Virus record (IMG/VR): IMGVR_UViG_3300029389_000414
Source: a virus
DNA: 64,000 nt
Direction: 5' to 3' (one strand)
Part shown: in pieces, positions 29,260 through 39,298 of the stretch
Position numbering within the stretch: position 1 is the stretch's first letter
Layout: every line of letters starts with the position of its first letter
Program-made: the position numbers and the translations under genes
The notes under the pieces: generated by a model
The model's database searches: none
Told to the model about the DNA's origin: nothing
What the model saw: only the letters and a program-made list of their open reading frames with translations

Positions 29260-31512
29260 TTATTTCTTTGCATGTTCTTTCGCGAATTTTTTCGCCCGTG
29301 CGTCTGTCAGTCGGTGGTAATTATGCTGCAGACGCCATTCCGATACATCGACCTGCCAGTCCGGGTACAATTCCATGTATTTCCCAAGCATTTCCGCTTC
29401 TTCTGCTTCCCGTTTGCGGATGTATTCTAATGCCGCATGCAGATATCGGATACTGTCTGCATATTCTACAGATTCTCCGCCCCGGGTCCAGCCGCCCATC
29501 TTCCGGTTCTGGATCGCATATTTCAGGTATACAGAATTGAGAAAGGTAAGGTTCAGGTATTCAGATTGGAAGATTTCCATGTTAGCCCGGGATTCCGTCT
29601 GGCCTCCATAATAGTTGTAGTCACTTTTCTTGGCTGAGACGAAAGCATGTGGCTCCGTCTCTACAAATTCGGTGTGGTCATATACTAAATAATAGCTTCC
29701 TTCATAGTCGCGACTGTGATAATCAACGTATTCATCAGTCCGATCATTCTTGTGGAGATTAGCAAAATACATACATACTTCTTCTTTTGTCATTTTCTTC
29801 CCGCCAAGAATATTATTGGTAAGTGTAAAATCGAATCTTCTATAGCCAAGGAATTCCTGCGTTTTTTCTGTAATCAGCTTCTCCTTCACTCTGCCATCTA
29901 CATATTTCCGTTCTGCATGTACCTGCAATTTATATTTTCGGTAAACGCGGTCATAGATATAATCGGTATCGATCAGGTTAATTGGCACGACCTTTCGATT
30001 TGGAATAGATGCATCGTGAGTACGATTCTTTTCCCCTCGGCCGCGGTCATTGTTCCATCGGTCGTCGCGTGTCCGGAAATAATCATCGCGCGTTATGGAT
30101 AATGTAGTGAGAACCATATCGCCCTTCATCAATGGTCGATCTGTCCGCTGCACGATATCATTGAATGTGCCATACCGGTTATCTTCCAGCCAGCCGTCAG
30201 CCATAGACAGGATAATGTATGGATTCTTTCCATTCAGGTCCATTTCTTCCGGAATTCGAAGTAAATTATGGTCGTGAATAATACCGCGCAGTATATTGAA
30301 GAGGAAATATCTGGAAGCGACCTCTTCTTTGGTCGAATTTTTCTGCATATCCTCTTCATCTATGATCTGATCCTTCGCCGGCCGGTAAAATGCATTCCCA
30401 TCCGGAATCTGAATCCGTTCCTGGTCCGTCCAGCCAAGCCACAGATTTTCACCATCCCGAATCAGGATTCCAATGGTCTTGCCATGGAATTTTTCGTATT
30501 CGCATAAAGTATTAGCAATCATTGGGTGATCGACTTTATAACTTTCTGTTTTAGAAATCTTTAAAAGGGAGACACATTTTTTACCTGGTGCAAAGATTTC
30601 CTGGAGATCTTCTCTTGCAGCAAGTAATTTTTCGAACATAGTCAGATTCTCTGAATCTCCGTCAAATCCGTATATGGACAGCCATTTTCCAAGTTCTTCA
30701 TCCAGATACCGGACTTTCTGATAGATTACAACTGGTTCCGTTTCCTGCGCATAATCTCCTTTTGTGATCGGAAGGAAATTGATGACTTCGCCCATGTAAC
30801 AGCGAATGCTATAAATCTCTGTATCGAGCAGGTATAACTGATTTTCCAGCTTTTCTTTTTGCTCTTCTAGTTCGGCTTTTTTCTCCTCGATCTGGGTCAT
30901 GTAATTCTTATATTTTTCTTCAATTTCCTGACGGATCCGTTCCAGCTCCTGCTGTTTTTCTTTTTCAAGATTCTGAATTTCTTTCCGCTTTGCATCAATT
31001 TTTTCGCGCTGTTCATGAAGCTGGTCAGTCACGTCAGAACGGCTCATATGATCAAGGAGCTGCAGGTCAGTCCCTGTTGCACGATCTGCAGTTGCTCCTA
31101 TCAACTGCCTTTTTAATTGTCCCAAAGGAATATGATCCATAGAAGTATATGCTTCCATTTCAACAGTATTTGCAGGGACAGCAACGGTCAGCAATCCAGA
31201 CCGCAGTACAGCTACAGTTTCTGCACAGAATAGGATTTCCCATTTTGAATCAATGGATTCCAAATACTCATGGTGGTCCTGTATCTTTTTGACAATATCT
31301 TCATTCGGAATTGCGATTGGGCCATGTTCGAATTCACCAATTTTTCGCATACATCTCCAAGCAATATCATCAACTTCCCTTGGTACTTTATAGCGGATAC
31401 TCAGATACCAGCTTTCTTCCGGGTGCTGTTCTATATTTTCTGTTTCTTTTTGTACATATTCTATGTATCTATCCCATAATAATCTTGCTTTTCCAATTAC
31501 TTCCATATCCAT
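29260..31512 (-). CDS. large hypothetical protein (750 aa) with central coiled coil
   Basis: Long ORF with an RBS; no recognised catalytic motif. Confidence 0.55.
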   Translation of the reverse strand: MDMEVIGKARLLWDRYIEYVQKETENIEQHPEESWYLSIRYKVPREVDDIAWRCMRKIGEFEHGPIAIPNEDIVKKIQDHHEYLESIDSKWEILFCAETVAVLRSGLLTVAVPANTVEMEAYTSMDHIPLGQLKRQLIGATADRATGTDLQLLDHMSRSDVTDQLHEQREKIDAKRKEIQNLEKEKQQELERIRQEIEEKYKNYMTQIEEKKAELEEQKEKLENQLYLLDTEIYSIRCYMGEVINFLPITKGDYAQETEPVVIYQKVRYLDEELGKWLSIYGFDGDSENLTMFEKLLAAREDLQEIFAPGKKCVSLLKISKTESYKVDHPMIANTLCEYEKFHGKTIGILIRDGENLWLGWTDQERIQIPDGNAFYRPAKDQIIDEEDMQKNSTKEEVASRYFLFNILRGIIHDHNLLRIPEEMDLNGKNPYIILSMADGWLEDNRYGTFNDIVQRTDRPLMKGDMVLTTLSITRDDYFRTRDDRWNNDRGRGEKNRTHDASIPNRKVVPINLIDTDYIYDRVYRKYKLQVHAERKYVDGRVKEKLITEKTQEFLGYRRFDFTLTNNILGGKKMTKEEVCMYFANLHKNDRTDEYVDYHSRDYEGSYYLVYDHTEFVETEPHAFVSAKKSDYNYYGGQTESRANMEIFQSEYLNLTFLNSVYLKYAIQNRKMGGWTRGGESVEYADSIRYLHAALEYIRKREAEEAEMLGKYMELYPDWQVDVSEWRLQHNYHRLTDARAKKFAKEHAKK

Positions 31513-31637
31513 TCCTTTTCTTTCTCAAATACGACACGGGTTCTTCCTTTGATAATATTGTAAAAAAAACAGCCTGATATGGCAAAGTTCTGGACAAGCA
31601 AAACAATCGGGACGTAATTATCCCGATTGAAAATTTC

Positions 31638-32525
31638 TTACTTCAATTTTTTCCGAATCGCTTCCAATCCTTCCTGAAAAAATTCTTTCGTCATAGAGTC
31701 TGAAGATGAGATTTCCATGCAGTTTATAAGGGACTGAAATCGGTTATCCAAAGTCTCTTTTAACATTTTCATCTGCTCGTCCATGCGATCCTGCAAGGAA
31801 ATATTGTTATAATGAAATTCAGCAATATCTGCAATATGTTCCATAGAATGGTATAAGAACCGGACTTCTGATCCGTTCGAAAAAGAATATTCTCCATCTC
31901 CCTGAATGAATTCGATGACGCGATTGAACAATGCAACGGCTTCAAAATATTTGTTATTTTGCTGCAAAATTGTTGCTTTTAAGTAGCAGGTCGGGATGAA
32001 ATTAGGATCAACCTGATAGCCTTTTAACCAGAAACTTTTAGCCAGTTCATAATTTCCATAGGTCACGTCACATTGCAGTCCGATTAAATAACAGATATTT
32101 GCTGTACCATCTAATTTCTGGATCATTCTGAGATAATTCAGTACATTTGGACGTGTAATTGGCGATAAATAGCTGATTTTTGCGGTTATGAACCATAGGG
32201 AAAGGCTTTTGCCATCATATTGAAAAATTGTTTTATAAGAAGTGGAATACCGTGGCAATAGCGAAATTGTTTTGCCTGTCGCCATAGGCAACATAGATAA
32301 ATCCGTACTTTTCTCTCGCGATATGCATTCAACATTCGCTGTGATATACTCTTTTTTGCTTATCTTATTGTCAATGATTCCTGCAATGACTGCTACGATT
32401 AGAATAATGATCATAATTGTTGCAAGTACAAATAGCACAATCGCAAGAATTAGCATAAGTCTATCCATGAAATCATATTGAGTATATTTTGCTTTTTTAA
32501 CAAGTTCTCCTTTGATTTGATACAT
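31638..32525 (-). CDS. membrane-anchored TPR-like repeat protein
   Basis: gaggagataacaga RBS; N-terminal TM helix; helical repeat region. Confidence 0.5.
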   Translation of the reverse strand: MYQIKGELVKKAKYTQYDFMDRLMLILAIVLFVLATIMIIILIVAVIAGIIDNKISKKEYITANVECISREKSTDLSMLPMATGKTISLLPRYSTSYKTIFQYDGKSLSLWFITAKISYLSPITRPNVLNYLRMIQKLDGTANICYLIGLQCDVTYGNYELAKSFWLKGYQVDPNFIPTCYLKATILQQNNKYFEAVALFNRVIEFIQGDGEYSFSNGSEVRFLYHSMEHIADIAEFHYNNISLQDRMDEQMKMLKETLDNRFQSLINCMEISSSDSMTKEFFQEGLEAIRKKLK

Positions 32526-32567
32526 TCTGTTATCTCCTCTTCTGTTATAAATCCCATATTCTTCCTG

Positions 32568-33023
32568 CTACAACGCTTCTATGATTTCGACCATTCCATA
32601 TTCTACCGTCGCCGTTTCCGGAAATGTACGGACCTCAATTTTTGCCTTGTATGACCTGCCGGCTTTCGCTATATTGCAAATGCTACTTTCCGTCGATTTC
32701 AATTTTAAATTATTGTAATCGAAAGTTGCTGATTGAGAGCCGGAATGATGAGGAATCATGATAGGCGGAACAATCATAATGGGTCTGACAATGAAGTGCG
32801 AGCTATTCTCGCTTTCTATGCATTTCACGGTGTCAATCAGATAGCTTTTCTGGCATTTAGAGTCGGAAATAATTTCGCTGACAATATAAATTATGAGTAA
32901 AATCACCATAAAAATAGCGACCGCACTCATTAAAATTAAAAAAATTGTCATAGTGATAGTCATAAGGTCATATTCCCCCATACTATTTCCCCAAATGAAA
33001 TCCATTAATTTACTCATTTTCAA
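32568..33023 (-). CDS. small membrane protein
   Basis: gcaggaggttgaaa RBS; a long TM segment. Confidence 0.5.
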   Translation of the reverse strand: MKMSKLMDFIWGNSMGEYDLMTITMTIFLILMSAVAIFMVILLIIYIVSEIISDSKCQKSYLIDTVKCIESENSSHFIVRPIMIVPPIMIPHHSGSQSATFDYNNLKLKSTESSICNIAKAGRSYKAKIEVRTFPETATVEYGMVEIIEAL

Positions 33024-33330
33024 CCTCCTGCATCATTTCCAAACTATCCCTTAACTAATTCCATCTTTATAAAACTCACCGAGACCTTTTGCCATATTAT
33101 CTAAATTCATATCCAGCCTTTCGTAAGTTTCCTGCTATTCCAAATCTTTTCTGTACAGCCCATATAACTTTTCCGATGTATCTTTCAAAAGAGTTTCTAA
33201 TTCGTTGAAAGATCTGTTCCAGGTGCAGACCAGGAATGGAGCTTGGAATCCGTCGTAATATTCTGCGTAGAACTGAGCATCACTGTACTTATACGGAGGT
33301 TCAGGATAAAATGCGAGGATCCTCGGCTAT

Positions 33331-34758
33331 TCAATTACCGAGAGGAATCGCACGCTTTATCATCATCTGATATCCCGAATTATTTTGTAAAAGTCTGCAG
33401 AACTTTGCATTAACTGTGACCAGATCTCCAGATAAGGTCCGGATGTCGAACGATCCGCTCTTACGGATCATGACCCGTCCGGAAAAATGACCTTTATATT
33501 TGTAGTTTGTGTCTTTTGGCACGTCTGCTACGACCAAATCCCCTGTCTGGAAACCAAATGCTGTTTTGGAGCGGTCCTTCCATTTGCGGATGATCACACC
33601 ACATTGATTGATCTGGCCTCGAAGTCTTGTGCCTCTTCCGGTCGCTTTTGCATACAGATAGTATCCATGTGTCCGGTCAACGAATCCGTCTTCTGGAATT
33701 TCGCCTACACATAAAGCGTCATAGTGATGTTCTTTCGGATATTTAAGTACATTCCGATTGTATTTTGTTCTTCCGCCACTGGAACACTCCAGTTCCGGAA
33801 AACGAAGATACAAATGACGCTGCGAGTATCTTCTGCTCGAATTGACCCATGCGGCATACCGGAGTCCTTTAACTGGAGTTTTTCCTTCCATCACCTGTTG
33901 TACAAATTTCTGACGTATCTGATCCAGTTCTTTCTGTTTTCCTCTTTCTTTCGGAATCCGGTCTTGCAGAATTGTCTGCCATTCTTCCAACGTATGATTA
34001 CCTTTATCCTGATTGCAGTTATGACAGGCAAGTGATGCATTTTTGAGCCTGTCAGAACCTCCGCGGCTTCTTGGGAGCATGTGTTCCCATTCTAAAATGG
34101 GATCGTTGCTCTTTCCACCGCAATACTGGCAGGTATGTCCATATTTTTCCAATAAGTATTCTTTTACTTCATAGCCATACAGGGTTCCCTGCTGATATTC
34201 GACACCTTCAATCTCCGGGTTCTCCATGAGCTGTGTATCGAACCGCACGGATTCGATACTGCAGTTTGTAATGTTGATCCAGCGGCACAGACGTCTAATC
34301 CAGGAAATGATGTTGTCAGCGGTGCTTTTGACACTTGGCGGCAGCCAGTTTTCGTCCCGCCGGCTGTCATAGGACTGACGCTGTTCTTTTGCCGTACAAC
34401 GGTTTCCCCATTTCGGCTTGCGGTATCCAGTCTCCCGGCTTCTGCGGTTCCTTCTTGCGCTACGCCTGGTATCCAGGTTCTTTTTGATCTGTTCTCCCCG
34501 ATGCTCGATCTGCATTGCATACATGAATTCATTTGTATCATCCATTACAATTGCGATACCGGTATATTTTGCTCCGGGATCGATCTTGATCCTATAACTG
34601 GAAAGCCCGGAAAGGTTTCTTGCATCGACATCTTTTAAGATAACGATAGTCGGAAAGTAACGATACAGGACTGCACGTTTTTTCTCCAGCAGGATCCGGC
34701 ATCTCCGTTCGCTCATGAAACCAAGCGGACGTTTGTTCTTGTCTAAAGTAATAACCAT
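33331..34758 (-). CDS. iscB: IscB RNA-guided nuclease (PLMP domain, split RuvC, HNH)
   Basis: NKRPLGFMSERRCRILLEKKRAV (PLMP), KIDPGAKYTGIAIV (RuvC-I), CQYCGG...EWEHMLPRSRGGSD...CHNCNQDKG (HNH). Confidence 0.85.
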   Translation of the reverse strand: MVITLDKNKRPLGFMSERRCRILLEKKRAVLYRYFPTIVILKDVDARNLSGLSSYRIKIDPGAKYTGIAIVMDDTNEFMYAMQIEHRGEQIKKNLDTRRSARRNRRSRETGYRKPKWGNRCTAKEQRQSYDSRRDENWLPPSVKSTADNIISWIRRLCRWINITNCSIESVRFDTQLMENPEIEGVEYQQGTLYGYEVKEYLLEKYGHTCQYCGGKSNDPILEWEHMLPRSRGGSDRLKNASLACHNCNQDKGNHTLEEWQTILQDRIPKERGKQKELDQIRQKFVQQVMEGKTPVKGLRYAAWVNSSRRYSQRHLYLRFPELECSSGGRTKYNRNVLKYPKEHHYDALCVGEIPEDGFVDRTHGYYLYAKATGRGTRLRGQINQCGVIIRKWKDRSKTAFGFQTGDLVVADVPKDTNYKYKGHFSGRVMIRKSGSFDIRTLSGDLVTVNAKFCRLLQNNSGYQMMIKRAIPLGN

Positions 34759-34986
34759 GTTTTTTTCCTTTCATTTGTGGCAGTTACGCCCTTGTATTGA
34801 GACTGCATTCCTGCAGCCTCTTCTCTTCGCGCGTTAGCATACTTTGTTACTGCTGAAGTACTGGCTTTCTTCTCGGCTTGCCTGTTTAACGACAGCGGCA
34901 CGGGACTTGTATTAGAGAAGCGTACAATACCGTGATCACATACTAACCCCTGGCACGGATGCGTTACATCCGGTGGCCAGCCGCTA
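34759..34986 (-). ncRNA. putative omega-RNA of IscB copy 1
   Basis: Structured GC-rich non-coding segment directly upstream of iscB. An almost identical copy sits at 58095-58346. Confidence 0.6.
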
Positions 34987-34987
34987 C

Positions 34988-35422
34988 TCAACCATACGAA
35001 TATCCGTCTTTTTCTATCAGGTCATAGGTCTGAAAGTCCTGCATCCCCTGAATTGCCTCTATCCGGTCCTTTTCTGCCTGATAAGCCGTCTGTAGCACGC
35101 TCCCTGCTGTTGTGTCTTTCGTCTCCTGAAAGAACCGCAGCAGCACAGATACCCCATCTTTACTTGAAGATGCCGTATCCTTTTCGATCTTTAATTCATT
35201 CGTATCCGGAAGGTATGTCTGAACAGAATAATCTTCATCACCGAGGGTCACTGAGGTAAGGTATTGGTATTTGGAATCCTCTTTTTTATCATCCGTATCA
35301 CCTTTATATGGTTCCAGCTCTTTCATTGTTTTTTTTCTGAGCTGTTCATGTCCAATTGACGCGCATCCGGTGAATTGAACAGAACATAAAAGAGCCAGCA
35401 AGAATATCATTATTTTTTTTCG
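34988..35422 (-). CDS. lipoprotein
   Basis: aaaggatgag RBS; MRKKIMIFLLALLCSVQFTGC signal and lipobox. Confidence 0.6.
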   Translation of the reverse strand, partial: RKKIMIFLLALLCSVQFTGCASIGHEQLRKKTMKELEPYKGDTDDKKEDSKYQYLTSVTLGDEDYSVQTYLPDTNELKIEKDTASSSKDGVSVLLRFFQETKDTTAGSVLQTAYQAEKDRIEAIQGMQDFQTYDLIEKDGYSYG

Positions 35423-35430
35423 CATGTATC

Positions 35431-35884
35431 TCATCCTTTCTTGTGCATCCAATCGATCCGCTGTCCGCAGTTACAGCAATAGTTTGGCTGTTCTCCAATC
35501 TTTCTTTCCTGAATAAGTCCTTCCCTGCATGACGGGCAGATGGAAGGAGGATTCGGGGATAACGGGGTCTGTTTTCTCATAGCAGACACCAGGGCGTGAC
35601 ATAGTTCCTTGTTGGGCTTAGTCTTATCGAAATATCGCAGCGTATGAATCAGCCACTGGACATATTCCCGTTTCTGCATTAGCTCTTGTTTTTCTCCCAG
35701 CAGGAAACCGGTGAACCACTCATCTAAGTGGTCTTCTACATCAGATAGCAATTCTTCTAAGAGTTCTCCTGCCGGCCGATCGATGTCGTGCAATACAGGT
35801 TCTTTCCTTTCTTCGATAATAAAAATAGAATACGGATTCATGACCAAAGTGAATTCGCTACCCTCCTCATCGAACCATACCATG
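35431..35884 (-). CDS. hypothetical protein with C-terminal zinc ribbon
   Basis: CPSC...CCNCGQ. Confidence 0.45.
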
Positions 35885-35939
35885 GTTCTCCCCGGTGAAC
35901 TACCCCGACTTATAGAAGTCGGAGCTTCTTGTTTCATCG

Positions 35940-37290
35940 ATTCCGGTTATTATCACACTAAACTGGCAGTTTTCCCAAAATCTCCGCAAGCGTATGCGTT
36001 CGGCCCGTTCCGGACCTACGATTTTATTGTTTTTTTATGTTGCTAGTAAGATTCGCAACCCTTCTGTTTTGATATTTTTTGCAGCGTTGGTATCCCGGTC
36101 ATGAACCTCACCGCAGTCCGGGCAGATCCATTCCCGTATGCGGAGGTCCCTAACTTCTGGGTTCCGGCAGCCGCAGCAATGGCAGATCTGGCTGGACGGG
36201 AAGAACTTATCTACTTTGACAAGTTTTCCGCCGCGTCCCGCCAGTTTGTAATCCAGCATATCAAGGAACATCCCGTAACCATTATCCAATGTCGCTTTCC
36301 CATTTCCGAATCCTTTATTGGACAAGGAACGCATATTTAAGTCTTCTACACAAACATAAGCATACTGCTTGGCTATCGCAGTTGACTGTTTGTGCAGATA
36401 ATCTTTTCTCTGGTTCGAGATATGCCGGTAAACCCTGGCAATCTGTTTCTGCTGTTTCTGGTAATTTCTGCTCCCGGATACTTTATGTCGCAGTTTCCGC
36501 TGTCTCTTTGCAAGTTTATTTTGTGCCATGCGATAATATCCCGGCATATTTTGACAATTGCCATCACTGTCCATAAAAAGTCCGTCAGACTTATAATCGA
36601 GTCCGATAGCCTGTTCTTCCGTCACCGGAACCAGAGATACTTGAACTTCCTCATATTCAAAAAGTATAGAAATATAATAAGTACCATCCCCATACTGAGA
36701 GATTGTAGCGGATTTGATCTTCCAGTCTTTCTCCGGCAAACGGTGAAGCACCGCTTTGACAGACCCTGCTTTTGGTATGCGGATTCTGCCATCCTCTATA
36801 CGGATCGAACTATTCTGGCAATTGGTTGTATAAGATCTGCGGCAGCGTTTCGCTGATTTGAATTTCGGAAAACCAGTCTTCTTATTACGGAAGAAATTTT
36901 TATAAGCAGTCTGCAGATGCAACTGTACATTTGCAAGTGCAAGGCTGTCTACTTCTTTCAGGTAAGGATAAGATTTCTTATACTGTGCCGGTGTCGTCTG
37001 TAACATCTTTTGTGTCTGTTGATAATATGTTATTTTATCTGCAAGCATCAGGTTCCAGATCTTCCTGCAGCAGCCAAACGTTTTGGCAAACAAGACTTTT
37101 TGCTCTGCAGAAGGGTAGATCCGGTATTTGATCGCACGATTTTGCATAAGTACTCCTTCTTTTGTATTTTGTAATGATAAGTCAATTTTCTCAAATAATC
37201 TGTTATTCTTCAAATTTGTGGACAACATAGTTATGGATTCATCCCGCAACCTATAGAGGTCGGGGAATTCTCCTTGATTTTGTTAATTTG
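35940..37290 (-). mobile_element. IS200/IS605-family TnpB-only element
   Basis: tnpB plus a structured left end. The left end is duplicated as a solo copy at 48225-48300. Confidence 0.6.
36035..37147 (-). CDS. tnpB: TnpB (OrfB) RNA-guided nuclease
   Basis: MQNRAIKYRIYPS N-terminus; RuvC-like core; C-terminal CHCCGC...CPDCG zinc finger. Start at the ATG after aaggag. Confidence 0.85.
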   Translation of the reverse strand: MQNRAIKYRIYPSAEQKVLFAKTFGCCRKIWNLMLADKITYYQQTQKMLQTTPAQYKKSYPYLKEVDSLALANVQLHLQTAYKNFFRNKKTGFPKFKSAKRCRRSYTTNCQNSSIRIEDGRIRIPKAGSVKAVLHRLPEKDWKIKSATISQYGDGTYYISILFEYEEVQVSLVPVTEEQAIGLDYKSDGLFMDSDGNCQNMPGYYRMAQNKLAKRQRKLRHKVSGSRNYQKQQKQIARVYRHISNQRKDYLHKQSTAIAKQYAYVCVEDLNMRSLSNKGFGNGKATLDNGYGMFLDMLDYKLAGRGGKLVKVDKFFPSSQICHCCGCRNPEVRDLRIREWICPDCGEVHDRDTNAAKNIKTEGLRILLAT

Positions 37291-37399
37291 TAATTTAGAA
37301 AAGCTTCCAAAAGTTCGATTGGTACATCAGTCAGATAAGATGGATTTCCTGTAAAATCTCCCATATGGAATTCGCACCAACCCAAATTAGGATTTGATA

Positions 37400-37924
37400 T
37401 CATAATTCTTCCCTCCTGTCGCTTGGAGCGTAGTTATTTTTTCTAGCTTCTCTATCTGCCAAGACTTTTCGTATTGCATCCCTCAATGGCAGCCCGCGCA
37501 GATACCAGCGTATGCAGATCCTACGTTCTGCGTTTTCTTCTATGTACTTATTTACAGTAGCAATCAGCTCATTTTTTTGTTCCAAATCTTCTATGAAATT
37601 TAGGCATTTTTTGCTTGACCATACATCGAATCCACCGACCTGCAACTGTAGATAATCTCCGATTTTTGGTGATGTCCTCTTTCGTAATCTCTGGATACTT
37701 TTTGCACAAGCAAGAGTGACCTGATATTTTTCTGCATATGCAGCTGGATCCAACTCTTCAATTTTTTCTTGTTCAAAACATTCCGGAACCCGGATCCCGA
37801 TACCTATATCGCTGTAGCTGAGGAATTGCTCAAAATACTCAATCGGGGTATCTGGAAGGTTGCACTGCTCTTCAAAATCATTAGCATTTGCTTCGTACAA
37901 ATCAAATTCAATATCTCGTAACAT
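37400..37924 (-). CDS. stand-alone copy of the domain found at the C-terminus of the RNase H fusion
   Basis: Shares VPxCFxxEKIEELD...YAEKY.VT..CAK...QVGG.D.WS...RWYLRGLPL..AIRKVL with residues ~160-290 of the 39299-40183 protein. Confidence 0.55.
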   Translation of the reverse strand: MLRDIEFDLYEANANDFEEQCNLPDTPIEYFEQFLSYSDIGIGIRVPECFEQEKIEELDPAAYAEKYQVTLACAKSIQRLRKRTSPKIGDYLQLQVGGFDVWSSKKCLNFIEDLEQKNELIATVNKYIEENAERRICIRWYLRGLPLRDAIRKVLADREARKNNYAPSDRREEL

Positions 37925-37955
37925 AGAATCACTCCTTATGACGAATGGCTTTCTT

Positions 37956-38516
37956 TTATATATAAATATCGCTTTCTTCAATCGACAGTTCTTCTCCAAG
38001 GAAATATTGTTCTTTCTTCGTTAAATCTGTTTTTAACTTTTTTATCATCACACTCTCTTTATAATGAATGAACTCTCCTTCCACGTCTCTTTCATTAGAA
38101 ATACATGCAAGACTGATTCCATTGTTGTCTGTAACAAATTTGTTGTTCTCAAAACCAGTTGCTTTGTCATGCACACTATCCCAAAGCTTTTGTCTCATTA
38201 TTAGGAATTGACTTATGTATTCCGCTAAAAGGGAATATTTTTTTATTCCAGCTAATAGACTTTTTCCTAATGTATTCGGAAACAATATTTCCTGAAAGAC
38301 ATCTTGCAGATTTGGCCGTTCCATATTCATTGCCTTTTCTAATTGCTCATTTTTAATGTCTCCGCGTTTCATTAGCCAGCATAAGAAATGACATGGATTG
38401 AATATTGCTTCGTTTTTCTCAAGATAATCCTCTTCTGTTATTTTCTTATAATTTAGAAAAATACAATAACAACAAAATGGAGATTTTAATCTTTCAGCAG
38501 AATCTATTGTATACAT
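37956..38516 (-). CDS. hypothetical protein
   Basis: aaaggagaaaatatat RBS. Confidence 0.45.
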   Translation of the reverse strand: MYTIDSAERLKSPFCCYCIFLNYKKITEEDYLEKNEAIFNPCHFLCWLMKRGDIKNEQLEKAMNMERPNLQDVFQEILFPNTLGKSLLAGIKKYSLLAEYISQFLIMRQKLWDSVHDKATGFENNKFVTDNNGISLACISNERDVEGEFIHYKESVMIKKLKTDLTKKEQYFLGEELSIEESDIYI

Positions 38517-38653
38517 ATATTTTCTCCTTTCTCTAATTATCTTCTTTCTATTAGTATGAAAAACACGCACGAAAAAAGTAAAGTTCTGGACAATGATTTT
38601 CAATTTATGTTCTTTGCTTGTAATATTTTGCGTAATTTCTTCCGAAATCCTTC

Positions 38654-39277
38654 TTATTTCTTGAGCCTTTTGCGTAATTTCTTCCGAAATTCCTTATCCT
38701 TCCCCGCTCTGACCACTACAATATCCATAACCTTATCCATGAATTTCTGATCCGGCAGATTCCCTTTTAGGAAGTTGCAGAACCGGCAGGTACACTGGAG
38801 ATTATCCATCTCATTATCTCCACCTTTAGACAATGGCTCGATGTGATCGATCGTAAACTCGTCATACGGAACAAAATCGCCACAGATCGCGCATCGGCCT
38901 TCTGCTTTGTTGTAAATCGTGATCCGGGTAGACTGAGGGAGGTTCTTTCGTTTTACAGGATTCTTGGGAAGCATTTCCTTGAGTTCTGCTGAATTACTTT
39001 CTGCATGATCCATTCCGACTGGTTGCAGTTCCTGTTGCTGTAGGACTGGCTGCTCCTTCTTATCAGGACTATTTTCTTCATGCAAAATTCCACTGTCATA
39101 GACCTGATACTCTTTCAACTTTTTCGGGGCATGATTCTTTTGACGCTCGGCTGATGCAACGGAATCGAACAGCGTCGCATTCGTGGGGTCAGTGGTTATC
39201 TTTGTGCCGCCGGTCTTTGTGACCTGCACGTATTGAATCGCATTTCCATTTTGTCTGGCCAATATATGTTTTCCCAT
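38654..39277 (-). CDS. HNH endonuclease
   Basis: CAICGDFVPYDEFTIDHIEPLSKGGDNEMDNLQCTCRFCNFLKG. Confidence 0.8.
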   Translation of the reverse strand: MGKHILARQNGNAIQYVQVTKTGGTKITTDPTNATLFDSVASAERQKNHAPKKLKEYQVYDSGILHEENSPDKKEQPVLQQQELQPVGMDHAESNSAELKEMLPKNPVKRKNLPQSTRITIYNKAEGRCAICGDFVPYDEFTIDHIEPLSKGGDNEMDNLQCTCRFCNFLKGNLPDQKFMDKVMDIVVVRAGKDKEFRKKLRKRLKK

Positions 39278-39298
39278 AATTTTCCTTTCCTCTTAACA

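Larger units (their letters stand above)
33060..34986 (-). mobile_element. IscB (OMEGA) IS200/IS605-superfamily element, copy 1
   Basis: iscB plus the upstream omega-RNA region; the 3' flank has a CCTCGG...CCGAGG hairpin. Confidence 0.7.

Noticed and set aside
34592-34774. 60-aa ORF MKGKKHGYYFRQEQTSAWFHERTEMPDPAGEKTCSPVSLLSDY..., and its twin at 57853-58110
   Set aside because: Both are alternate-frame readings across the iscB start and the omega-RNA region. Their conservation is explained by nucleotide identity of the IS copies.
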